DNA from: a virus
Strand: one strand, 5' to 3'
DNA: 64,000 nt
Virus record (IMG/VR): IMGVR_UViG_3300029661_000108
A program made the translations under genes and the position numbers. Below are positions 1-9,896 of this stretch, piece after piece (the stretch's first letter is position 1; each line of letters opens with the position of its first letter). The notes below the pieces were generated by a model. The model was not told where the DNA came from and made no database searches. It was given only the letters and a program-made list of their open reading frames with translations.

Positions 1-74
1 AACACCATATTTCTTTTTTAATGGTTTCATTGCCTCTTCAAAATCCTCTAAAAATCTAAAAACGTCTTTCTTGC

Positions 75-692
75 TCATTTCCATTTATTGTTTTCCTCCA
101 TATTTTGTATTTTCTGAATCACTTCATTAGTGTAAGGAACTCCATCGGAAATATTAATAACTAGGCCATCAACAGAAGGAACCCCACTTGGAACCAATTC
201 TTCAACAAAATCTCTGTCCTTTTCCATTCTTTCCATTCCATTTTCGTCTTCATATCCCCAATCACTCCTATCATCAAATGAATAATCTTTTGTGAGGTTC
301 AATAATTCTTTCAAATTATCTACTGCCCAACTACTTCCAAATATCTGAACAAAATAACCTTCTATATCATGATGATATAATACAATATCTACTAAAAAAT
401 CATTTAGATAGCATACAAACCATGAATCAATTCTATATCCAACTTCCTTTTGTCTCGCAACATCTTTTCGGAGTATATGAAAACAATAATTACACCATTG
501 CTGGTATGTTTGTGGCTTCTTTCTATCTGCAAATTCTTCATACTTCATGAAAAACTTCAATTTGTTCTTAATGACTTCTGGAATTCTATCTTCAAGTCTT
601 TTTTGATATTCATTTTTAGCAGTAAGCAAACTTCTAAACAACTCTTCAGAATTCTTATCTAATTTGAATAAATTTGGTACAACTGTTGACAT
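75..692 (-). CDS. hypothetical protein (205 aa)
   Basis: Long ORF in a co-directional minus-strand gene string; no recognisable motif. Confidence 0.4.
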   Translation of the reverse strand: MSTVVPNLFKLDKNSEELFRSLLTAKNEYQKRLEDRIPEVIKNKLKFFMKYEEFADRKKPQTYQQWCNYCFHILRKDVARQKEVGYRIDSWFVCYLNDFLVDIVLYHHDIEGYFVQIFGSSWAVDNLKELLNLTKDYSFDDRSDWGYEDENGMERMEKDRDFVEELVPSGVPSVDGLVINISDGVPYTNEVIQKIQNMEENNKWK

Positions 693-696
693 TCTA

Positions 697-1257
697 TCAC
701 TCTCCTTGTGTCAATCTTGATATATATTCTATTTTCAAATAGTCTAAATCAATTATTTCTCCTGAAACTTGATAAGCCCAGCTATCAAAGATAACTGATT
801 TTAATAGTTCAGTATTGCTGATAATCACGAGTTTATTTATGGTCTGTTCAAGAATTAATCTTGTTATTTCATCCAATTCTTCATTTTTGTAATATGCCAA
901 AGCAAACGTATCATGACAATCAGGATGTACTAAGTATCTCCTGTAATAGGGAATACTGCAAAAAATGGACTCAGCCCAATACATATAATTAACTTCTAAA
1001 TAAGTTGATGGAATAGTATTACCACCATAACTCTTTAGAAAAGCTTTATCAACTTCTTCAATTCTAACTCCATACTTGCATTTTTTTATTTCATCTTTAA
1101 ATAATGGTTGGTGGTATATAACTAAGGAAAGCCCTTGAGCTACATAAAGCAGCTTGCTCATTTTTAAAGGCGAGAGATAGCATTCTAATTGTTTTTTATG
1201 AGTATACTCTACCATATAATATGCTAATTCTAATGCTGTATATTTTGCTTCTTTCAT
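697..1257 (-). CDS. hypothetical protein (186 aa)
   Basis: ORF tightly packed with neighbours on the minus strand; no motif recognised. Confidence 0.4.
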   Translation of the reverse strand: MKEAKYTALELAYYMVEYTHKKQLECYLSPLKMSKLLYVAQGLSLVIYHQPLFKDEIKKCKYGVRIEEVDKAFLKSYGGNTIPSTYLEVNYMYWAESIFCSIPYYRRYLVHPDCHDTFALAYYKNEELDEITRLILEQTINKLVIISNTELLKSVIFDSWAYQVSGEIIDLDYLKIEYISRLTQGE

Positions 1258-1266
1258 ATTTCCCTC

Positions 1267-1572
1267 CTATTCCAAATAGCAATAACTTTCTACCAGTTTC
1301 TCATAGTCCTCATCTTCATTTGCTTCAATGACAACATATTCTCTTATTTCATCATCAGTAATAATGCTTCTATAGATTGTTCTCTCAAAGATATCATTTG
1401 ACGCATCTTCCTCTTCTCTGATGTTAATACTCTTCACATCTCTTAATACTCTCTCATGCAACTTATCATAAGATGTGTATATACCTAAGAAAGTGATATT
1501 TCCTGATATCCCGTAATCTCCGTACTCTAAAAGATTTTTGGTATTTTTCAATAATATTAATAGTTTTTTCAT
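1267..1572 (-). CDS. hypothetical acidic small protein (101 aa)
   Basis: ORF with a very acidic C-terminus, packed in the operon. Confidence 0.35.
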   Translation of the reverse strand: MKKLLILLKNTKNLLEYGDYGISGNITFLGIYTSYDKLHERVLRDVKSINIREEEDASNDIFERTIYRSIITDDEIREYVVIEANEDEDYEKLVESYCYLE

Positions 1573-1594
1573 GGCTTTCCTCCTTTCTTTGTAA

Positions 1595-1623
1595 CAAAAA
1601 AGGATGTACGTTTATGCACATCC
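1595..1623 (-). terminator. putative intrinsic terminator (minus strand)
   Basis: Hairpin GGATGT..ACATCC preceded on the plus strand by AAAAAA (a T-run on the minus strand), just downstream of the 1680..2027 minus-strand ORF. Confidence 0.4.
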
Positions 1624-1679
1624 AGTCGTTTAACTTTACTCTTCTATTGTATCATAAATATCACTAATTATAAGCATAT

Positions 1680-2027
1680 TTAGTATCCGATAGTATACTC
1701 TATACTTTCTTTTACCTCTCTATAGTCTTTTGCTGGAATCATTTTCTTTAGCAATGTTACAGCTTTAAAATGTGATTCTTGATGATTTCCTTTCATTGTC
1801 ATTCTTCCCTCTGAAGAAACATTTTCAATAATGAAAAAATCAATATAATCAGTTAATTTCAGTGGAAATCCATTTGAATCAAACCTATATATGATGATAT
1901 TGTTCTTATTATAGACTTGTTTCAGATTTCTCAAACAGATAGATTTGCTTTCCTTAAATAATAAGTTCTTCAATTTTTCATCATGATTTGAATCAATAAC
2001 CAATGTGTTTTCAGTAATCAGGCTCAT
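1680..2027 (-). CDS. hypothetical protein (115 aa)
   Basis: ORF only. Confidence 0.35.
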   Translation of the reverse strand: MSLITENTLVIDSNHDEKLKNLLFKESKSICLRNLKQVYNKNNIIIYRFDSNGFPLKLTDYIDFFIIENVSSEGRMTMKGNHQESHFKAVTLLKKMIPAKDYREVKESIEYTIGY

Positions 2028-2048
2028 ACTCTTTCCTCCTCTGATAAA

Positions 2049-2297
2049 CTACAAAATAAAAACGCAGCAAATATGGTTTGCGAGTTGATTTTCTATAGTT
2101 TGAATATCATCTTCTAAGCCATTCTCATAAACAATTTGAGTAGCAACCTTTACACCAATATATGAGCTTGGTCCTCCATGCTTATTTTGAGGGTATGTGA
2201 CAACAATCTTCGTTCCAAATGGCAACCCCCTTATATCCTCTGCTCTTATTTTTTTCATGTAATCCCTCCTACCTAATTTATTATGAATGAACACCAA
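2049..2297 (-). CDS. hypothetical protein (82 aa)
   Basis: ORF overlapping the next ORF by a few codons, consistent with operon packing. Confidence 0.3.
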   Translation of the reverse strand: MVFIHNKLGRRDYMKKIRAEDIRGLPFGTKIVVTYPQNKHGGPSSYIGVKVATQIVYENGLEDDIQTIENQLANHICCVFIL

Positions 2298-2496
2298 GCA
2301 TTAAAGAATACAATTCTTTTTCTCTGCACCCTTTATGAAACATCTTTAATGCATCTTCTAAAATAATCTCTCTTGTCATCAGAGTTAAGGTCTGCCCATA
2401 TAAGACTTCTAAATTCTTTAAACACGCCAGTTCCTCTTTTGCCATTTTTGCTACTAAGTCCCAATCATATTCAATTGTTAATTCCATTTCTATCAT
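2281..2496 (-). CDS. hypothetical protein (71 aa)
   Basis: ORF only. Confidence 0.3.
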   Translation of the reverse strand: MIEMELTIEYDWDLVAKMAKEELACLKNLEVLYGQTLTLMTREIILEDALKMFHKGCREKELYSLMLGVHS

Positions 2497-2576
2497 CCTT
2501 TCTCTTCTACTTGAAAATAAAAAGAGATATATCTCTATAATGATATACCTCTTATTTCTCGTTTATTGTTACATCT

Positions 2577-2849
2577 TTATTTTATCATAAAATCTAAAAT
2601 CTTTCTTTTATCACTACTTATTTTCTTATTGCATATTAGTGTATCCAACTGAACACAGAGAAGATACAACTGGTCTCCATTCATATCCTCAATATCTAGA
2701 TTTTTGATATGGGCATTCTTTTTTAGCTGTTGATAATTTTCGCCTCTCTTGTAAGAAACTTTTAAACTATCTAGTTTCTCCATATTTTTTTTGGCTTCCT
2801 TAAGAAGTTCTTTTTTTGTGAATGAAGATATTTTCTTATAATAACTCAT
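2577..2849 (-). CDS. hypothetical protein (90 aa)
   Basis: ORF only; lysine-rich. Confidence 0.3.
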   Translation of the reverse strand: MSYYKKISSFTKKELLKEAKKNMEKLDSLKVSYKRGENYQQLKKNAHIKNLDIEDMNGDQLYLLCVQLDTLICNKKISSDKRKILDFMIK

Positions 2850-3795
2850 TTCTCAACCTCTTTTTCCTAAAAATGATATTTATATAATCTGAAACAACAT
2901 CAGTTGTTAAGGGAAACCCAGCAGCTTTCTGATGACCTCCACCATTAAATCTCTTTGCAAGAACACTGACATCAATATCTTCTTTAACAGTTCTTAATGA
3001 AACAGCCCTACTTCCAATAATCGCAATTGCATCATATTCTGGATAGTTAAGTGCTATCTGATTTCCTAGTTCAGATACATACTGCTCAGCAAAGATGACT
3101 CCCAAATGATATTCATATAGTTGTAATTCAAATATATCCTTTTCCTTTGCTTTTATGTAGTTACTTATTCTATGACGCTCCGATGTCAGTAAAACACAAT
3201 CAGTTTCGCGCAATAATAAGTTATCGCTTGTATCAAGAAGTATCTCAATCATATCTTCAGCAAAATTCTTAATACCTTTTATATATAACAAATCGTTAAT
3301 ATCTTTTGCTAAGAGATTATTATATTTGCTCCAGTCCCATGTATCATAAGAACGAACTGCTTCAACAAAACGCTCTAGCTTATTAAAGATATCAAGCTGT
3401 AATTTAAATTCATAGGTTTTCTTAAGATATTGATAAAATAAATATGTCCCTGACATGAGTTTATCATCTCTCTGTATACAAATGTGTGCAAAATCATATT
3501 TGTTTAAGTCTAATGCACTTTTATGATGGTCAATGATTGTTGTTTTTTCTACAACCTCAGGTGTGAAAAACTGCTGAATATAATCATCATAGACAACAAT
3601 ATCAGTCATGTAGATATGCTCATAATCATCTCCTTTTAATATAGTCTCTGACATCATTTCCTGAATATTGGAATGTGTACAATATGTTACCTCAACACTA
3701 TAATGATGCTGATGAGCAAGTAATATTTTTGCTACAATATAACATCCAACCCCATCTAAATCGTTGTGTGTCAGTAATTTAATTTTCTTTTTCAT
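2836..3795 (-). CDS. DHH/DHHA1 phosphoesterase, NrnA-like (nanoRNase/pAp phosphatase family)
   Basis: DHH-family motifs read directly: THNDLDGVG (motif I), IIDHHKS (DHH motif III), and C-terminal NGGGHQKAAGF (DHHA1 GGGH motif). Confidence 0.65.
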   Translation of the reverse strand: MKKKIKLLTHNDLDGVGCYIVAKILLAHQHHYSVEVTYCTHSNIQEMMSETILKGDDYEHIYMTDIVVYDDYIQQFFTPEVVEKTTIIDHHKSALDLNKYDFAHICIQRDDKLMSGTYLFYQYLKKTYEFKLQLDIFNKLERFVEAVRSYDTWDWSKYNNLLAKDINDLLYIKGIKNFAEDMIEILLDTSDNLLLRETDCVLLTSERHRISNYIKAKEKDIFELQLYEYHLGVIFAEQYVSELGNQIALNYPEYDAIAIIGSRAVSLRTVKEDIDVSVLAKRFNGGGHQKAAGFPLTTDVVSDYINIIFRKKRLRNELL

Positions 3796-3805
3796 ATTCT
3801 CTCCT

Positions 3806-4114
3806 TTATCCCAATAAGGCTATTTCTTCATTTGGTACATTATCAAAGCAGTAACTATCCATTCTTAGTGCCTCTAGCTCATCGGGATTGCTGTCAATCA
3901 TGTAAAACAATCCATGATAACCATTACCTTCATCGTCATTTGTAATAAATAATTTCTTTGCACCATTGCCTTGTATAACTTCTTCTAAAGCATTTTTTGC
4001 TAAACAGTGAATTTTATAAGGTCTTTCACTATCTAATTCGTCTTTTCCCAAATGATTTAACACCAAAGTGGCAGCCTTTAAAACTTCCAGTTCTTCTCTT
4101 GTTGCTTCAAACAT
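3806..4114 (-). CDS. hypothetical protein (102 aa)
   Basis: ORF only. Confidence 0.35.
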   Translation of the reverse strand: MFEATREELEVLKAATLVLNHLGKDELDSERPYKIHCLAKNALEEVIQGNGAKKLFITNDDEGNGYHGLFYMIDSNPDELEALRMDSYCFDNVPNEEIALLG

Positions 4115-4451
4115 ATTTCATTTCCTCCTTTTCATCTAAATAGTCATAAATATTTGTTTGTCCTGTTATGGGATAATGATTTTGAGAATCCGTTTTGATG
4201 ACTCGCACCTCAATAGCCTCAATCATATTCTCATGAAATGAAGAATCTTTTGCAGCCCTTTTTATTGCATCAGATAATGACTCTGATTCATAGATACCAA
4301 TAAAATGATTAGGAATAAAATCATTCCAATTGTCATCTTCCCGATTATCATTGGAATCCATACTTCCACAATAAATCTGTGTATCTCTTAAATAATCTGA
4401 CGTTAATAACGCAATATACTTTTTCATAATGTATTCCTCCTCTCTAAACAA
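4107..4451 (-). CDS. hypothetical protein (114 aa)
   Basis: ORF only. Confidence 0.35.
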   Translation of the reverse strand: MFREEEYIMKKYIALLTSDYLRDTQIYCGSMDSNDNREDDNWNDFIPNHFIGIYESESLSDAIKRAAKDSSFHENMIEAIEVRVIKTDSQNHYPITGQTNIYDYLDEKEEMKYV

Positions 4452-4524
4452 AAAAAGAATCGCTTCATCTGAAACGACTCCATTCGTATATATTACATAT
4501 ATATTTTATCATATAATGAGGTAA

Positions 4525-4887
4525 TTATTGAATTGGTATTATATGAATTGTTAGTCCATGCTGCATTGCCTGCTTAATTATATCAGATATTCCTCTGCTT
4601 CCATTATAGAAGGCAATTAATACATCAGCATACTTTGCCATTTCTTGGTTGCGTATTGGTTCAGCAGATTTTCCATATTTATTCCAGTCAGATGGAAATT
4701 CTCTCAATGGATAGAAAAATTCATTTGCATATTGTTTAACAATAGTATCCATGCCTTTGGCACCACCTACAATAATCTCTTCCCAATCTTTACCATCATG
4801 ATATAAAATTTCTAATTCCAAAAGTTTTAAAAAGATAAATTCTTTATCTGTATAATCTCTTGGAACTGCTATAATTACTTTTGCCAT
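4525..4887 (-). CDS. SLOG/LOG-DprA-like Rossmann-fold protein (120 aa)
   Basis: GGAKGMDT glycine-rich motif typical of LOG/DprA/SLOG families; small phage-associated SLOG proteins are known. Confidence 0.4.
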   Translation of the reverse strand: MAKVIIAVPRDYTDKEFIFLKLLELEILYHDGKDWEEIIVGGAKGMDTIVKQYANEFFYPLREFPSDWNKYGKSAEPIRNQEMAKYADVLIAFYNGSRGISDIIKQAMQHGLTIHIIPIQ

Positions 4888-4900
4888 TTTTCTTTTCCTC

Positions 4901-5140
4901 CTAAAATCCCAATAATAAACTCTTATCAGTCATGTCCTCTTTATGAATAACAACTTCCTTCTTTTCTCCATTTAACATCACTACATACTCTTCATCAAGA
5001 GAAATGATTCCTTGTGGAAGCTCACCTCCTTCAATATCAAAAACCTCTTGCTTATCCAAATCTACCTTACAAATAGATTCTATATTGATTTTTCCACGAT
5101 TATAAATGGAATGATAATATGCATATACAATTTTATTCAA
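4901..5140 (-). CDS. hypothetical protein (79 aa)
   Basis: ORF only. Confidence 0.3.
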   Translation of the reverse strand: MNKIVYAYYHSIYNRGKINIESICKVDLDKQEVFDIEGGELPQGIISLDEEYVVMLNGEKKEVVIHKEDMTDKSLLLGF

Positions 5141-5281
5141 TTTATCTGTCTCCTTTTTATATCCTTTCTTCTCTTTCGCCTAATAGCAAAAAAACTGTAA
5201 CTTTATTCTGTTACAGTTCTTGCTTATCGGAATATCTATACATCTATTTTACCATATATCTAAAAATTTTATATTTCATGC

Positions 5282-5878
5282 CTAGAAATCTTTCACATCG
5301 TCCTCAAAATCCTTTATCATTTGAACAACAAGTGTTAAATCGCTATTAGGAAGTTCTTTTTTTAACAATTCTATCAACTTTCTGATAATCTCAAAGTATT
5401 CTTCTGCACTTAAAGAGTTATCTGATGAATAATCACGAGCTGATATATCTCTACTTTTATTCCTTATAGATTCCTTGAGCATAAATTCTCGATAATCTCC
5501 ATTTTCATTATCCAATAATTCCTTACTAATATCTTCTCTATGCTCTTCGATAAACGTCAATACATTTTCAATATCATCAAAACAATTTTTCAGATGTTCA
5601 TCATCGTTTAACCTGTTTTTTAAAAGATTATGAACATCTATAATACCTAGCATTATTCCTAAAGAATTCTCGTATTCACACTCGCAAGTGCATTCTCCAT
5701 TCATAAAAGTAAACTTCCCATTAAATATATAATTATCCATTATCAACCTCCGCAAAATCTTTACAATTCTTATTTTATCATGGAAATAGTCATTTAAGGA
5801 ATATCTTTCCCGCCTATTATTGACTAATATTCTATTATATGTTATAATTCGTTGGTAGAATGAGGTGTTTTTTAACAA
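5282..5878 (-). CDS. hypothetical protein with a CTCECE Cys cluster (198 aa)
   Basis: ORF divergent from the topoisomerase gene; no recognised motif. Confidence 0.35.
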   Translation of the reverse strand: MLKNTSFYQRIITYNRILVNNRRERYSLNDYFHDKIRIVKILRRLIMDNYIFNGKFTFMNGECTCECEYENSLGIMLGIIDVHNLLKNRLNDDEHLKNCFDDIENVLTFIEEHREDISKELLDNENGDYREFMLKESIRNKSRDISARDYSSDNSLSAEEYFEIIRKLIELLKKELPNSDLTLVVQMIKDFEDDVKDF

Positions 5879-8046
5879 TCTTCCTCTTCTTGGAGGTTAT
5901 TCCTATAAAGAAACTTATTATTGCTGAAAAGCCTAATGTTATGAGAGAATTTGTTCACGCTTTGGATTCTCATGCCAAGAGTATTTGCTATGCCAAACCA
6001 TATGTATATTACTATGAAGGAAAGGATTATATATTTGCAGCTGCTAATGGACATTTGTTTCAGGCAAAAAATCCTGAAGAAATTAGTATGAACAATAAAA
6101 AATGGGACGCTAAAAAACTAGATATCCCTGAAATTATTCCTATTAAGATAAATAAGCAATATGCTCAGTCATTTTATTGTCTAAAAGAACTTGTTAAAAG
6201 AAAAGATATTGATGAAATCATTGTTGCAACAGACCCAGATAGAGAAGGACAGTTAATATGGGAGCTGATTGCAAGAAATCTAAAAATAACTGTTCCTGTT
6301 ACACGTATTTGGATTAATGAATGGACAGAAGCATCACTTATAAAAGCTTTTCATGGCAGAAAAGACAATAAGGTTTATCAGAACCTTGCCGATGCAGGCT
6401 TAGCAAGATTACAATCTGATTATCTTATTGGTATGACAGGTACTAGAGTGCATACTGTCTGCTTTGGTGGTTATAAAAATGTGATTAATGAGGGGCGTGT
6501 TCAGTCTCCTACTCGCTATTTAGTAGGAACTCTGGAAAAAACTATCATGAACTTCAAACCTGAAAATTATCATATCATCCAACTCCAAACCGGGTCTGAT
6601 GAAGCAGAAGCAATGACTCTCTTGAGTCATAAGTTAGACACAAAAGAATCATCAGGATTATTAGAGGTCTTGCCTTCCTATCAATATGAGATTTTAAAAG
6701 ATGTTCATAAGGTTTCAAAAAAGGGGCCTAAACTATACAAGACAAATGATATTCTTATGGATGCAAATAATAAATTAGGCTTATCTGCTGAAAAAACAAC
6801 AGAAATTCTTCAAAAACTTTATCAGGACTATGCCCTAACAACATATCCGCGTACAGAAATCCAACAGATTTCTATATCTGCATCCAAAGAGGTTATGAAA
6901 ATAGTCAACAGCCTTGAGGGGGTAGGTCTTGTTGATGAGATTATTGATGAGATTAAGTCAAAACATATGACATTCCAAAAGCATCTTATTAATTTTAGTG
7001 AGGGAGAAATGCCCCATGAAGCTATCACGCCTACATATGAAGGGAATCCAAAAGCAACCTTATCAAAATTATCTAATGATGAAAGAAATGTTTATGAGCT
7101 GATTGTAAGAAGATTTTTACAGGGATTTTATCCTGAAGCTATTATAGAAGAAACAAAAGTAGCAACTGTTATTTCCTATAGTGAAAAAGACTATACTTTC
7201 TCAAACTCTGGAAAAATCATTGTTGAACCATCATGGATGAAAGTGCTAGGCATACCTCGTGACACTTATCTACCAGCCATTACTGACAGAAAAACCTATC
7301 CTTATGTCAATTCATTACTTGAAAGGAAAACAACAAAACCACCTTCAAGGTTTACTGAAGCAACTCTCTTAAATGCTATGGAGAATGCAGCAAGATATGT
7401 TGAGGATTCCTCATCAAAGACTATACTAAAAAAATCCAAAGGAATTGGTACAGGTGCTACTAGAAATGAAATCATTAAAAACCTTTATAAAAGTGGCTTT
7501 ATTATCAAAAAAGGAAAAACTATCTATCCAACTGATAAGCTTATGCAATGGATGGAAATTCTTCCAGAATCCCCTCTAAAATCTCCTCAAATGACTGCTG
7601 ATTTAGAAAGTCAATTATCTGAAGTTGAAAAAGGAACATTATCCTTTCATAACTTTATGAATTCAGTTAATAATCAATTAGATGAACTTATCAAAGTTGC
7701 TGTATCCTCGCCTAAAACAAGTATTGTCTCATCGTCTGTCAAAACTCCTTCAAAAGACACTCATTCATTAGATTCTTTGGGGAATTGTCCAATCTGTGGA
7801 AAACCAATGAGAGAAAACAGCAAAAGCTTTTACTGCACAGGATACAAGGAGGGATGTAAATTCTCTATTTGGAAAGAAATTAAAGGCAAGAAAATTAGTA
7901 AAAGAACAGCCGAAACATTAATTCATAAAGGCTATACTGGAAAATTAAAAGGCTTTTATAGTGACAAAACTGGAAAGGATTTTGAAGCAAAACTTAAAAT
8001 CAATAAATCAACACAAAAAGTAGAATTTGATTTTGATAAGAGGTAG
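5860..8046 (+). CDS. topB: DNA topoisomerase III (type IA) with C-terminal zinc ribbons
   Basis: TOPRIM start LIIAEKP, DPDREGQ, active-site motif LTTYPRTE, and C-terminal CPICG...C..C zinc fingers. The true start may lie a few codons inside the ORF. Confidence 0.9.
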   Translation: MRCFLTIFLFLEVIPIKKLIIAEKPNVMREFVHALDSHAKSICYAKPYVYYYEGKDYIFAAANGHLFQAKNPEEISMNNKKWDAKKLDIPEIIPIKINKQYAQSFYCLKELVKRKDIDEIIVATDPDREGQLIWELIARNLKITVPVTRIWINEWTEASLIKAFHGRKDNKVYQNLADAGLARLQSDYLIGMTGTRVHTVCFGGYKNVINEGRVQSPTRYLVGTLEKTIMNFKPENYHIIQLQTGSDEAEAMTLLSHKLDTKESSGLLEVLPSYQYEILKDVHKVSKKGPKLYKTNDILMDANNKLGLSAEKTTEILQKLYQDYALTTYPRTEIQQISISASKEVMKIVNSLEGVGLVDEIIDEIKSKHMTFQKHLINFSEGEMPHEAITPTYEGNPKATLSKLSNDERNVYELIVRRFLQGFYPEAIIEETKVATVISYSEKDYTFSNSGKIIVEPSWMKVLGIPRDTYLPAITDRKTYPYVNSLLERKTTKPPSRFTEATLLNAMENAARYVEDSSSKTILKKSKGIGTGATRNEIIKNLYKSGFIIKKGKTIYPTDKLMQWMEILPESPLKSPQMTADLESQLSEVEKGTLSFHNFMNSVNNQLDELIKVAVSSPKTSIVSSSVKTPSKDTHSLDSLGNCPICGKPMRENSKSFYCTGYKEGCKFSIWKEIKGKKISKRTAETLIHKGYTGKLKGFYSDKTGKDFEAKLKINKSTQKVEFDFDKR

Positions 8047-8051
8047 AAAAA

Positions 8052-8513
8052 ATGCATCATAAAAAAATAAATCTTATTATCTTCTCTTTTCTTGTTATTT
8101 GTTTTTTTTGTACTGGATGTACAAGTCGGCAACTAAAAGGAATAGAAGGAAAATGGTTGTTAAATAATCAGTCTCTTATGCTTATTGAGGAAAATACATT
8201 TGTTTGGTATCAAAACGTTAATAAAACAGATACAGATTACTTAAAAGGAAAAGATGTAACCATTCTCTCTGGAGAAGAAGCACTTAATGCAATTAAGGTC
8301 CCTGATGCGAACAAAGATAAATTATTAAACACACACATTTATTATTTAAGTGTCACTTATACAACAGTGGACATAAACGGTGTAGATGCTAGCCAACAAG
8401 CTGATGGAAAACTGAGTGAATTTGCCTTCCAGTTAAGTGGAAAAGACCAATTATCTATTGTCAATTTAAATACAAATGAACAATATACTGCAAAAAGAGA
8501 GGTAAAAAAATGA
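8052..8513 (+). CDS. putative lipoprotein (153 aa)
   Basis: N-terminal signal peptide with a lipobox-like FFCTGC. Confidence 0.5.
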   Translation: MHHKKINLIIFSFLVICFFCTGCTSRQLKGIEGKWLLNNQSLMLIEENTFVWYQNVNKTDTDYLKGKDVTILSGEEALNAIKVPDANKDKLLNTHIYYLSVTYTTVDINGVDASQQADGKLSEFAFQLSGKDQLSIVNLNTNEQYTAKREVKK

Positions 8514-9295
8514 GAATTTTTATAACTGGTGATACCCATGGTGATTTTTCTTCTATACATACATTTTGTGAAAAGATGAACACAACAGTAAAAGATATTT
8601 TAATCATTGTTGGAGATTCAGGAATTAATTATAATGTCAATTCCTTTCATAATTCTCAATACAGTTATGAAGATACACAAGAGAACTTATGTTTTAAAAA
8701 TTATCTGTCATATTTACCAATAACTCTATTCTGTATTCAAGGAAATCACGAGGCTCCGGCTGAACTTGTAAAAGGATATCATCTAATACAGAATGTTCAT
8801 CCACTTTTTAAAGAGCAATCTGTATTTTTACAAGATAATTATCCAAATATTCTTTTTGCAAACGAAGGTGAAGTCTATAATTTTTTAGGAAAAAGTGTTG
8901 CAATACTTGGTGGAGCGTATAGTGTTGATAAAAATTATAGAATTGAAATGAATAGAAACTGGTTCCCTGAAGAACAACCAGTAATAACTGGTAAAGATAA
9001 ATTGTTTTTAAAAAATCTAGAAACTTATAACTGGAAAGTTGATATTGTTCTTTCACACACTTGTCCATTTCACTATATGCCAACTGAAATGTTTTTAAGT
9101 GGAATTCAACAGGACCTCGTAGATAATACAACAGAGGAATTCCTTGAACATGTAGAAAAGAAATTAAATTATAAACAGTGGTATTGTGGACATTTTCACA
9201 CAGATAAAACTGTAGATAAAATAAAGTTTCTCTTCCACAATATTATTACTTTTATAGAAGATAACGAGGTACCCAATGACAAGACACAATACTAA
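8510..9295 (+). CDS. calcineurin-like metallophosphoesterase
   Basis: GDTHGD and GNHE metallophosphatase motifs. Confidence 0.7.
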   Translation: MRIFITGDTHGDFSSIHTFCEKMNTTVKDILIIVGDSGINYNVNSFHNSQYSYEDTQENLCFKNYLSYLPITLFCIQGNHEAPAELVKGYHLIQNVHPLFKEQSVFLQDNYPNILFANEGEVYNFLGKSVAILGGAYSVDKNYRIEMNRNWFPEEQPVITGKDKLFLKNLETYNWKVDIVLSHTCPFHYMPTEMFLSGIQQDLVDNTTEEFLEHVEKKLNYKQWYCGHFHTDKTVDKIKFLFHNIITFIEDNEVPNDKTQY

Positions 9296-9773
9296 AAAAA
9301 GACGAATACTTGATATTATTCCTATTATTATTTCGATTCTTCTGGTTATTGGAATTAATTTCTGTTTTCAACTGGTTTTAGTGAATGGTGATTCAATGAA
9401 TCCAACATATCAGAACAATGACTTTTTAATCTCTTCAAAAATCGCCTATAAAAACCATTCTCCTCAAAAAGGAGATATCGTGATTGTAGATGGCAAGTCT
9501 CAAGATTTAGATATAGACATCATTAAACGAGTTGTAGCAACCGCAGGTGATACTGTAGAAATTAAAAAAGGCCAACTCATTATTAATGATAAAAAAGTAG
9601 AGGAAGACTACATAGATGAAACAATGAATAAGGATATGCATAAAATAACTGTAAAGAAGAATACAGTGTTTATTATGGGAGACAACCGAAATCATAGTAT
9701 AGATTCTCGGGTTTTTGGAAGTATTCCTGTTCAGGATATCATGGGGAAAGTTATCTTTGATTTGAAATTTTAA
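9276..9773 (+). CDS. signal peptidase I (S26 family)
   Basis: N-terminal TM segment, catalytic GDSMNPT (Ser), KRVVATAGD (Lys) and GDNRNHSIDSR boxes. Confidence 0.8.
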   Translation: MTRHNTKKRRILDIIPIIISILLVIGINFCFQLVLVNGDSMNPTYQNNDFLISSKIAYKNHSPQKGDIVIVDGKSQDLDIDIIKRVVATAGDTVEIKKGQLIINDKKVEEDYIDETMNKDMHKITVKKNTVFIMGDNRNHSIDSRVFGSIPVQDIMGKVIFDLKF

Positions 9774-9774
9774 G

Positions 9775-9802
9775 AGGTATCAGAAGATACCTTTTATTTT
9801 AT
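9775..9802 (+). terminator. intrinsic terminator
   Basis: AGGTATC-agaa-GATACCT hairpin followed by TTTTATTTT, directly after the signal peptidase stop. Confidence 0.6.
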
Positions 9803-9896
9803 ATCCACTGTTAACTTAAAGTTAATTTTTATTGACTAATACCTCTTCATATGATATAATATCACTGTAAAATTTACAAAAGTGGAGTGATATTTT

